From: Camelus ferus
Lineage: Eukaryota
Length of the DNA stretch: 64,000 bases
Assembly: GCF_009834535.1 (NCBI RefSeq)
Contig: NC_045696.1
Location: 97,280,001 to 97,344,000, forward strand
Reading direction: 5' to 3'
Both the position numbers and the translations under genes were made by a program. Of this stretch, positions 11,530 to 21,526 are shown in pieces. Every line of letters starts with the position of its first letter. Positions within the stretch are counted from its first letter, which is position 1. The notes beneath the pieces were generated by a model. The model ran no database searches, was not told where the DNA came from, and saw nothing but the letters and a program-made list of their open reading frames with translations.

Positions 11530-13450
11530 GCTTCTGGCGTCATGGTGGACTAGATAATGTGGGAGAGTCATCCTGCTGCAAAACAACTAGATCTGGATCA
11601 GAAACATTTTTCAATGTTTTGCTTGGCTCTCAGAATTAGAAAAATCTTCAAAGAGTCCTCTTCCCACCAAATAAAGAGAAGTAAGTTTTGAGCAGAAACT
11701 TGAGCAGGTTATTAGTGCAAGCTGGTGAGATGAGAGTTGGTCTAAATGCAAATGCCAATGCAGCTCTGAATGAGGGGGGTACATCGGATACTCCTACATT
11801 TAGGGGACATCACAGAAAGGGTTGAAGTAACCCCAGATTGCTAGCACTCCTGGGCACATGGCAGAAGCAGGTGCAGACCATCTTCAAAAGGAAGTGTCCT
11901 CAATTTAAGCCATTAGAATTCCCACTTACTTAAGATCAAGGAAATATAAATTCACAATCTAAGATCGTCAAGTACACAAGGAGGCAAGACACTATGGGTG
12001 AGAGCGATGGAAAAAACCACACAAGTTATGTAGATATTGGGATTGTCACATACAGGGTAGAGAGTAAGTAGGTAAGAAAGGTCTAAAGAAATAAAATATG
12101 AAACTACAAAGACAGGCAAGCAATAAGAGACTATCGGGACTCATGAGAAAGATCTGTGTAATAATAAAATGGGATTTCTAAAAATAAAAAAAAAAAACTA
12201 GATTTTTAGAAATTAAAAAACTCAGTGTAGAAGTTTAACAACAGGTGAAACACAGTCAAAGAGTGAATTCAAACGTTAGGCTGAAGAAACTGCCCAGAAT
12301 GCAGCAGAGTTAAGAAGATAGAAAACAGGAAACAAGCTAAGAGATATGGAGAACAGAAGAGGACAAGGAAACATTAATTCTGAACCCGAAAAGAAAAGAG
12401 TAGAGAGAATTGAGGAAAAGGAATAATTAAAGAGATGATGATTGAGAATTTTCCAGAAGTGACAGGTATAACTCTATTTTTCCAAGGAGAATAAAAGAAA
12501 CACAGGTATAGATACATAATAGTGGAACTGCAGAACATCAAAGACAAAAAGATTCCCGAAGTAGCCAGAGAAAAAGAACAGCTCATCCATAAAGGTACAG
12601 CAGCAATGATGAAAACCACAATGAGTGCAAAGTGTCAATCTAGCATTGTAGATCAACCTATTTTTTTTAAGAATGAAAGTGATGCAAAGACATTTTTGAT
12701 AAGCAAAAATAGTTTACCACCAAGAGACTTCCCTAAATGAACTTCTAAATATTCACGTTAGAAAGAAGAAAAGGACCATAGAAAGATGGTTTGAGATATG
12801 AGAAATGGTAAGTAAATAAAATAGGAAATATATAAATATATGTGTATAAATAAACATCTATGGAAAATAGTCTGGAGAGGTGTGACCAGACTCAACTGTT
12901 CTAAGGTCCTTGGATTGTCCGGTTGGAGGGTTTAAGATATTATTTAATTTAAAAACTTGTCCTATTAAATATGCATAATAAAATTTCAAGGGTAACACTA
13001 AAAGAATAGAAGTTGAACATATAAATTCCACATGAATGAAAAATTAAAGGATAGATTGCATATTAGACAAACAGCCAAAATCCAACTAAGTGAGATTACA
13101 AGAGATGTAAAATTTAAGGACAGGAAAGCAAGAGTGAAAGTGTGAGCTGGAAGGGGAAGGAGGAAGAGAAGGAAACGGACAGGAGGGGGAGGAGAAGGGG
13201 AGGGAGACAGGAAAGTTATATCTGAAAAATATTTCTAAAAAGAGAGCTGGGATAGTTACCTTAATATTTGACAAAATAGATTTTAAGACAAAAAACAGTA
13301 CTGGTGATAAAGAGGGCCACTATTCAATGTAAAAGTTAAATTCATCAGAAAGAAAATATAACAATTTTAACTTGTATTAATTAAATAACTTTAAGCTATA
13401 AAAAGCAAAAATTCATAGTTTCAGGGTAAAACAGACAAATCCAGAATTGT
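11530..13450 (+). mobile_element. Degenerate L1/HAL1 5' and ORF1-like region
   Basis: A-rich ORF1-like relics ('gagaattttccagaagtga', remnant ELQNIKDKKIPEVAREK) and EN-like 'atttgacaaaatagattttaagacaaaa'. Confidence 0.6.
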
Positions 13451-13969
13451 AGGTACTCCTTGTTCTTTACTGTAAAAATAATAAATAAGACAATGAGTGA
13501 ATACATTCAAAAGATAACATTGTATCACTGGTGGCATTAAGGGTGATTTTTCTCCATTTTCTAAACTTTCTTAATTGTTGTGACAGTTACTTTGTAATTA
13601 AAACACTTTTTTTTTCAAAAACTGAAGTATGGAAGTGGAAAATTTAGTTAATTGAAGGCTTGAGGTAGGCTTAGTTAATTATGGGTTTTACTGTGTTTGG
13701 GGTAATTACATTCTGTAGTTTTAGTTCCTACCCCAGTGTTTATCAGGTTGAATACATCTTAACAATTACATCTTGTTTCTGTGTATTTTGCTAAAATGTC
13801 AAATGATTTGCTCATGGACTTAAATGGCTCAGGCATTCCTTGACTGATACATTAAAGAATCTGATATACCACATAGTTACTGTTTTCCTAAATAATAAAG
13901 AAAAGATTTTGGAAAGAATGCATAACCACACATTCCACATTTAAATATGTTACAACTTATTGTTATTAG

Positions 13970-14177
13970 CTACATCTGGATATCTGTATGAGCAACAGAG
14001 CTTTGATTTTTCTCTGCTTCTGCTCAGACATCATTATTATCACTGTAGGGATCAATTACCCTGAAAAAAGGAGAGAAAGATACAAATCAGTACTCATTTT
14101 TCTCATATTGATACTCTCTTGGACTTACATTGCTATTAAAACTCAGTGTTCTACTGTGCCTTTTGAAACACATTGTG
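13970..14177 (+). CDS. Candidate exon C of cryptic profilin-like domain (LHLDICMSNRALIFLCFCSDIIIITVGINYPEKRRERYKSVLIFLILILSWTYIAIKTQCSTVPFETHC)
   Basis: Acceptor 'cttattgttattag' (AG 13968-13969), donor GTG|GTAAGC (GT 14178-14179), 208 nt, phase 0-1, no stop. ALIFLCFCSDIIIITVG aligns without gaps to PFN2 [20 protein letters not shown] matches MDI. Confidence 0.55.
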
Positions 14178-16505
14178 GTAAGCGATAGTTACATGAAATA
14201 GGAACAGATCATTGTATGAAAATAGGCAGCAAGCTTGGAAGCTGGTTCTAAAGAAAACAAGCACAAACTTCTTTTATTATAGTACTGAGATAGTAAATAG
14301 ACAGTAAATAGACTCTGAATATATTACCTCAAAATCTCAACTGCAAAACCTAGTTAGTCTCGTATACAGATATATTTTTCATAATTGATTAAATTTTACA
14401 GTATGCAATTCTTGGAAAGAAATAACTATCTTGGAAAAGTAAAACAGTAATTTAAAAATATTGTTATATTTTGAAAAATAGTGACAAGGATTCTAAATTC
14501 TTATGTTTTACCCAATCAGTGTGTTTTAGAATCTTTTGAGATCTGAATATCCAGAATATTCAGTTGGTGTAATCCTTTTGCTCTTTAAAAACGATAAAAG
14601 AATAAGAATGGAATACAGTTATTTGTATCTCTTTGCTAAATCAAGATAATCTAAAAATTAAGTCTTAAAAACGTAAGAGTAGATTAACAAAATTCAATTT
14701 CAATTTCAAACTATCATCATTTTATTATTTTTCTTTTCTCTCACTACCTTTGTTTACCGTTAAGATTTGCTGAATTATAATGTGTACAAGGAGCACAAAT
14801 CATATGTGTACAGCTCAATGAATTCTTAGAATGACACTTGGTGTTGTCAGCACACTATCATTAATTTTTAAATTAATGAACTAGTAAGATTGGAGGATTA
14901 AAACCACCAACAACCACCGCAAAAAAGCAAAGTAGTCAACAACGAGTAAGTATAACTAAATCACGTAGGAGTCACACTTGCGAAAATGAAACAATTTTTG
15001 GCACACATTTTATATCACATAGGTTTTCTGTATCATTAGAACATGAGAGAATACACTGTCTCAATCTGATAGGTGTCTGACTTGGAGGTTCTCTTAGCTC
15101 ACCCCCACCCCTTGCCTGCGGTAGTTGTACATTTCAAGGCAAACAGCAGAAAAATTACAAAACTTCAGCTTGCTTAGCAACGTTTTTCTCTTCTTTAACT
15201 GAGCTACTTTTGTGTAATCCTCCTGTCACAAATTATGACTTTACATGGTAACTTTAAAGTTGAAAGTCAACTTTTCAAAGTTTTGAGACTCTCTTCCCTT
15301 GACTGAGAGATCTTTTTGGTCACTTAAAATTCAAATTGTTGTACGATGTGTCCTAATTCCTTGTCTAGTCACCGCGCCTAGAGATTATTAAAGACGACGC
15401 GAGATTCACAGGGACGCTACCCATGGTTTACCTGTAAATAAAAGCCATTCTCAAATCTAGGTCCCGAAATTGTTTTACCCTTCGAGAGCAGAACTATTAT
15501 TACTGTGTTCAATACAGTGAACCCTTTCTTAGATTTTTAATTTCTTCGTATATTCAGCGATTTCTTGCCCCACCTATAACTTTTCCAGACCAACCAATAG
15601 TTTACATGGGTAGCTATTTGTTCGCAATTCACGAGCAATTTTGCTACACGTGATTAGCAACATTAAGGAGGGTTCTTCCTGTCAAAGAATCCACAGAATG
15701 AGAGGCCGCCGGTACCCAAATGAAGCAACAATGAAAGCTCGGCAAAGCTCAGAAACCTGCCTGAAAGCCACTAATGCCTGCTTTGATTTCAGGTTGCCAG
15801 AGAGCGCCCGCTCGGCAGCCTTTGCGGTCGAAAGGCAGAGAGGTCCAAGGAAGAGAGCCCCACTGGCGACACCTAAGATAAGCGTGGGCGACCCTGCCAG
15901 CAGCTGCCCCCACCACAAAGAGGAGTAAATTCTCCGCATCCCGTCACCAGGGCAACTCTGCAACCCGACACCGAGACGCAAGAATCCGCATCCCGAGTCG
16001 CCGGACGCAGAACAGAAACGTTTTATGGCCGGGACGCGGGGACTCCGAGGCGTGTGAGACGCCGCCGTCCCCGGGGTGCTCGTTGCCACGGGAGAAACAC
16101 CCTCTCCGCAGGCCCCGGGTCCGAGGCTCAGCCGCCCCCAGCGGCCGTGCCGCACCTGGACTTCGCTGCCCGCACGTGGCGGCCGTGATTGTCCCGGGCA
16201 ATATCCCTCCGCGCCCCCTTCAGCCTCCCCCTCCCTTCCCGGGACCCTCCGAGTCGGGGAGCCGCGGAAGGATCGCACGCACGCGCGCGCACGCGCGCGC
16301 ACGCCCGCCCGCCCCGCCGGGGCCGCGAGAGCTGAGGGAGCTGTGGTGAGGAGCAGTCGCTCCCCCGGCCGCTGGCACAGCCGCTCCGCAGCCTCCCGCC
16401 GGTGGTTAGTCAGCCCCGCGGTTGCGGGCTGGCGGGCGGCCGGTCCGGGCCGGGCGCACTTCGCGGCTTGTCCCTCACCGCCGACCCCGCGTCCTCCCTT
16501 CGCAG

Positions 16506-16651
16506 CTCCTCGGGGAAGGGGGCGGTCGGTGCCTGCGCAGAGCCGCCTCCTCCCCGCCCCCGCCCCGCCTCCCCCCGCGCCGCCCGCGACCGCCGCCGCC
16601 GCTGCGCCTGCTGCTCCTCGCCGTCCCCGCTGCAGTGCGAAGGGCTCGAAG
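16506..16651 (+). CDS. PFN2: Candidate in-frame 5' extension of PFN2 exon 1: Pro/Ala-rich linker (A)[48 protein letters not shown]
   Basis: Branch-point-like CTCAC 16474-16478, pyrimidine tract, CAG 16503-16505. Phase 1 matches the exon C donor; 48 stop-free codons lead into ATG 16652. Confidence 0.45.
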
Positions 16652-16783
16652 ATGGCCGGTTGGCAGAGCTACGTGGATAACCTGATGTGCGATGGCTGCT
16701 GCCAGGAGGCCGCCATTGTCGGCTACTGCGACGCCAAATACGTCTGGGCAGCCACGGCCGGGGGCGTCTTCCAGAGCATTACG
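16652..16783 (+). CDS. PFN2: Profilin-2 exon 1 ([44 protein letters not shown])
   Basis: Recognised PFN2 N-terminus; Kozak aagATGg; donor ACG|GTGAGG; 132 nt. Confidence 0.99.
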
Positions 16784-18891
16784 GTGAGGACCGGTGGCGG
16801 CCCGGGTGCCCATGCCCGGACCCGAGCGGGGTCGGCCGTGGGGGCGCCGCAGCGCGGGGCCCGGCCACGGGGAGGGCCGAGCTGGCAGGTGTGCGAGGCG
16901 GCCGGCGCCGTGGATGCGGCTGCTGGGCGTGTGGAGAGGCCGAGGCTTGGGGACGCCCCCTCGCCGGGGCTGCACTGACCGGCGGGGGCGGCGGCCGGGC
17001 TCTCTGGCGTTCCCAGAGCCTGTCCGGGTGATGCCGGGGGACGGGGCACGCACCGGCTACTGTTGGGGGGGCTCCCCCCATCATTCGGTCCCGGAGGTTT
17101 GCTTTTATGTCCCCAGGTGGAAGCGGGGGCCGGAGGTGCGGGGCCAGGGAGCGCCAGGCCCGGGCGGGGGTCCGGGCCGCCCTTGCGCCGTGGACAGCGC
17201 GCCGCCCGCGCCAAGAGCTGTGGGAGGCGGCGGCTGCCCGGCCCCCGGGATCCTCGCAACGACTTGGCGTAGGTTTGCCGGTGTCCAGGCCCCTGGGGCT
17301 TGCGAGAAATGTACGCCGACAACGTAGGTGGATTCGTGAATCTCGACTTCAGCTCTGGCTCCATAGGATTTTTTTTTTTAATTCTCCAAGATGGCGAACT
17401 GCCATTGATTTCTCTCCTCCTATGGAGATTCATCGATACACCGTTATCCCCAATTACGCAACATAGCTCTAAAAAGCGGGTGCTTGAAGCGGTTTTCAGT
17501 AATCTGCCAAGACCGAGGGGACACTTCAGTTCCCCAAGTCCCTCTTCCCTCTTTAATGATGGTAGTAAAGGAGCTAATGCAGATTTATGCTTCACCGTGC
17601 CTGATTTTCTTGTGACTTCATGGTTTGACTCGGTTGCCACATGTTTGGGGAATAATTGTCATTAAGCCTCCAGTGCTGCTCTATAGTTTTGCCGCTTTCT
17701 GTACCAAGGCTCTAAAATTGTGATGATTATGTCAAAGACAACACCATTCCCTTAATTTCTTGAGCTTCGCGCCCCTTTCCCATCAAACGCCAAAATTCAG
17801 GCCCCCTGTTATGGGTGCTACCAATTATTCTTGTAATACATAGCATGGTTTAAGGTCTAACTGTGTAGAACTCAGTCCTTGATACAAGTACTATAAGGTT
17901 TCCTCTAACCGCAGTGGACTACAATTCTTGTAGAGAATTGGCATCTGGTGATCAACTTTTTTTCTGCAGTCCTCTCGTCTTTGTGTGTGAGTTCCCGCTG
18001 TCTGGCTGGGAAGATTGCGGGAGTGTGCTTGGAAATGGCTGGGGCCTGCTATGACTCTGCAGTTCTGATGGGGGCGACGCCTTCCTTCTTATTCATGGAA
18101 TGTTAGAATGCACGTTTTCTCCTTTCCGGTTCTAGTCGCTACCTCAGTTTCTTTCCCAATCTCCCTCCATTTTCTCTGTTCTTTTACCATTGCCTACTGT
18201 AGTGCTATGGACAGAATCCTCCTTGCATTTGCCCTGAAAGAAGACTGATTACTGAGATAGGAGGGTAAGGGAAGTTGGAGAGAAAAAGGAGTAGCGGCTA
18301 GAATAATAGGAGGGAAGTATGAATTTGGGAATGTGCTGAGATCTAGGGCTTGAAGCTCACGCTGTGGGGGCTATTTCAAGTTTTTGAAGCAAAGTGGAAA
18401 TGAACTGTCAAGTATGGGCTTTATTTCAGGAGACTTTCAGACAACTTTAATTTTGTTGCAAAATGACTGTATTAGAACCGATTATAATAGGCAAGCTTTT
18501 GTTGAAAGTTTATAGGTGAATCTTTACCATTACATAAGCACTTCAGGTACCACCTGACTTGAAACAGTTTATGAATAAGTGTTAAGTTTGCAGTTTATCT
18601 AGTGTCAACTACCAACTAGAGATTCTTTGCATTGACTGGTCTTTCCTTACCAGGCTGCACTCTTGACTGTGAAATCTAATTAACTGATATAAAACATGTA
18701 ATCACGTAGGATTAACTAATTTTTTAGAAAAGACCTAAACTTGATTTTACATTAGTGAAATGTGGATGTCTTGTAGTGGTAGTACAAACTTGGCAGAATC
18801 TTTCCTGTTATATATACCAGGGCCTGAAAGGAATTAACTACAATTTCTTTTTCTTTCCTTTTTCTTTTTTTTGGGGGGTGGTGGGGAGCAG

Positions 18892-19084
18892 CCAGTAGAA
18901 ATAGATATGATTGTAGGAAAAGACCGGGAAGGTTTCTTTACCAACGGTTTGACTCTTGGCGCAAAGAAGTGCTCAGTGATCAGAGATAGCCTATACGTGG
19001 ATGGTGACTGCACAATGGACATCCGGACAAAGAGTCAAGGTGGGGAGCCAACATACAACGTTGCCGTCGGCAGAGCTGGTAGAG
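18892..19084 (+). CDS. PFN2: Profilin-2 exon 2 ([19 protein letters not shown]...NVAVGRAGR)
   Basis: Acceptor CAG 18889-18891, donor GAG|GTAAGC; 193 nt; recognised PFN2 sequence. Confidence 0.99.
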
Positions 19085-20848
19085 GTAAGCAAGGTACCTT
19101 TTGATTAAAAGTTGCATGCCACATTACAACTTATTAAGCATTTTCTTTAACATTTTGAATGAAGTGGTAGTCCATAATGGCTATTAAGGTGGTTTTTGTG
19201 AACTGCTGAGCACTGAAGGAGGCACTGCTTTAAATTCACTTACTCTACAGCAGCTGCATATACAGCCTAACTGCTGAGATCCTGACTTTATTCTAAAATA
19301 GAACATTCGTATCAGCTCTTTAGTCTCAGCTTTAGGAAACCGAAAATCTAAATTTGTCTCGTCAACTGCTTGACATGTTGAATGATAATCTTACGGTGTT
19401 AAATTGTTCAGATTGGTTTCTTTAGTCTTTTTTTGGGTCTTTGACCCTTGGATCTTTTCCTTTTCTTGATCACGTTTTAGTCATTCACTATTCAGCATTA
19501 AAAAAGGAAAAATTAACATTGCCTCATTTTTCTAATAGAAACATTTCTAGGGGAGAGAGAAATAATTAGAATGAAGGTTTTGGAATTTTTCATTTGCTAA
19601 AATATTTTCAAGGACTAAGTGTGTCTGTAATTTACTTGAAAAGTAGAAAATTATATTTTGCTTGTACACTGGTCCAGAAATGTTGTTTTTCCTATTGTCA
19701 ACTACTGAAATTTTAAATATACTAAGTAAGTCTCGTTACTTTTTTGAAAGAAACTTAAAATCAAGGTTTAATAATGACATCTAATTGATTTACAAATACA
19801 TTTAAATGTGTTAATCTGTGTAAATATTTTGTAAATAAAGAGGCTTGTGGAGCCAAAAATAGCAGACTTGGCACATCTAATTTTAAGACCAAATCTACCA
19901 TGTGAAGAAACTTGAAGCTACTCTGAGCCATAACTTACTGCAGTGGTCTTACCAACTCCTTGTGACTTCCTCAAAGTTACTCTTGTTCTAGTATGACTTG
20001 ATACTTAACAAATATTTCTCTGTGGGAAAATTAGATAACGGTGAAGTAGTGGACAAATCTCTAAAACATTAGCCGAGCTCAGATAAATATGTTAAAAAGA
20101 AGCATCAACCATGTGACATAAAAACCAGAATATTTTGATACCATACAGCACTGCTGACATCTAGTGGCAGTGAATATAAAATCTGACATGTTCATATATT
20201 CTGGGGATAGACCTTTGAACTGCCTCATAGAAGAAAGAAACTTATTGAAAATAGTAAACCTATTTTAGGATTTTAGACTCAATTAAAAACAAAGCACAAT
20301 GATGACATCAGTAAGCACAGGACTCAGGCATTTTTAATTTGGCCTTTTCTCAATGGCACTCAAAATTTGGTCTTGATTTTCCTCTGGAAGTAACAGATGC
20401 ATTTAGTCTCACTGGTGAAACTTAATAGTTTGTACTTAGGCAGTTAAATTTGGGGAGAATTTTTTAAGTTATTAAGTAATTACCTGAAACTTTTTTTAAG
20501 TTTATTTTGAGGGACCAGTCTAATAGTGTTTCTCACAGCAACCAGAAGTTTTTTGCCCTGTGTGCGATAAGTGATCACATCTTTTTTCCCTAACTAGTGT
20601 AGATATTTTTATAGAGCACTGCAGCTGCATCGATTGAACTTCCATGATGCAGTTAATAGTCAAAATGTTTTCAGCATATTACTAGTTTGAAAGTTCTCCT
20701 TTTGGAGACCTGGTTGTCTTCAGTGCTTGATTGTTCATGGAAAACTAACTTAATGTTAACTTATTAATCGGGGTTCTGTCTGCTAAAACTTAATGTGACT
20801 TTCTTGATTAACACTTCTTTTGAAACACTTTTCTTCTTTCTCTTTCAG

Positions 20849-20946
20849 TCTTGGTCTTTGTAATGGGAAAAGAAGGGGTCCATGGAGGCGGATTGAATAA
20901 GAAGGCATACTCAATGGCAAAATACTTGAGAGACTCTGGGTTCTAG
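20849..20946 (+). CDS. PFN2: Profilin-2 terminal exon, isoform 2a ([32 protein letters not shown])
   Basis: Acceptor 'ttttcttctttctctttcag'; 98 nt to TAG; 132+193+98=423 nt = 140 aa + stop. Confidence 0.98.
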
Positions 20947-21169
20947 CTGCTAGGCAGACTGTTAAGTATTAGGGGAAAATTGCTCTTAAACTTTCCTAGC
21001 TGTAAGCTTGAGTCTTAATTCTGGAAATTTTATTAGCAATGCAGGGTGATGGGGTATGAACCTGTGTCTCCTTTGTATCCCTCTGTTGGTGGGGAAAGGT
21101 GTCTTTCTTTCTGCCCCCCCCCCTTAAATAATTCTATTCACTTTTGTTTTGTTTCCTTGTGTACTCCAG

Positions 21170-21267
21170 CATTGGTTATAGTCATGGGAAAGGAAGGTGT
21201 CCACGGAGGCACACTTAACAAGAAAGCATATGAACTCGCTTTATACCTGAGGAGGTCTGATGTGTAA
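21170..21267 (+). CDS. PFN2: Profilin-2 alternative terminal exon, isoform 2b ([32 protein letters not shown])
   Basis: Acceptor 'tttccttgtgtactccag'; 98 nt to TAA; known PFN2b C-terminus. Confidence 0.97.
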
Positions 21268-21497
21268 GCAGCCTCTCCCCATCTACCTAGCAACTGTCTT
21301 CATCACCACCCCAATTACGGTCACACTGCTACCAGACTATAGATGGTAGCTAATTTTTCTTTACCTATTTTCTAATGTCATGATTCCTGTTTGCTCAATG
21401 GATCATTTGTATGTTAACCACTGTATGTAACCAACCTTATCTGGCAACATAATTGCAGCACAATAATGATTTGCATGATACCTTGAAATTTGGGGGG

Positions 21498-21526
21498 AGG
21501 GGGCATGCCAAGTTGGGCATCACTTT
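21498..21526 (+). promoter_or_regulatory. PFN2: Iron-responsive element (non-canonical AAGUUG loop) in PFN2 3'UTR
   Basis: Bulged C 21504, 5-bp stem ATGCC 21505-21509 / GGCAT 21516-21520, loop AAGTTG 21510-21515; agrees with the atypical Pfn2 3' IRE as I recall it from the literature. Confidence 0.85.

Larger units (their letters stand above)
15700..17480. promoter_or_regulatory. PFN2: CpG island / PFN2 promoter and exon 1
   Basis: Very GC- and CpG-rich. GC boxes about 16551-16570, E-box CACGTG 16173-16178, NRF1-like CGCGCACGCGCG 16286-16297, X-box-like GTCACCAGGGCAAC 15943-15956. Confidence 0.9.

Noticed and set aside
16529..16531. In-frame GTG as a non-AUG start extending PFN2
   Set aside because: Poor context (tcgGTGc) and probably upstream of the main TSS.
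15641..17665. Many long overlapping ORFs on both strands (up to 305 aa)
   Set aside because: Expected stop-codon scarcity in a CpG island; only PFN2 exon 1 and the acceptor-defined 16506-16651 segment have splice support.
20944..20952. Stop-codon read-through at the PFN2a TAG
   Set aside because: Context TAG-CTGCTA is not the UGA-CUAG read-through motif.
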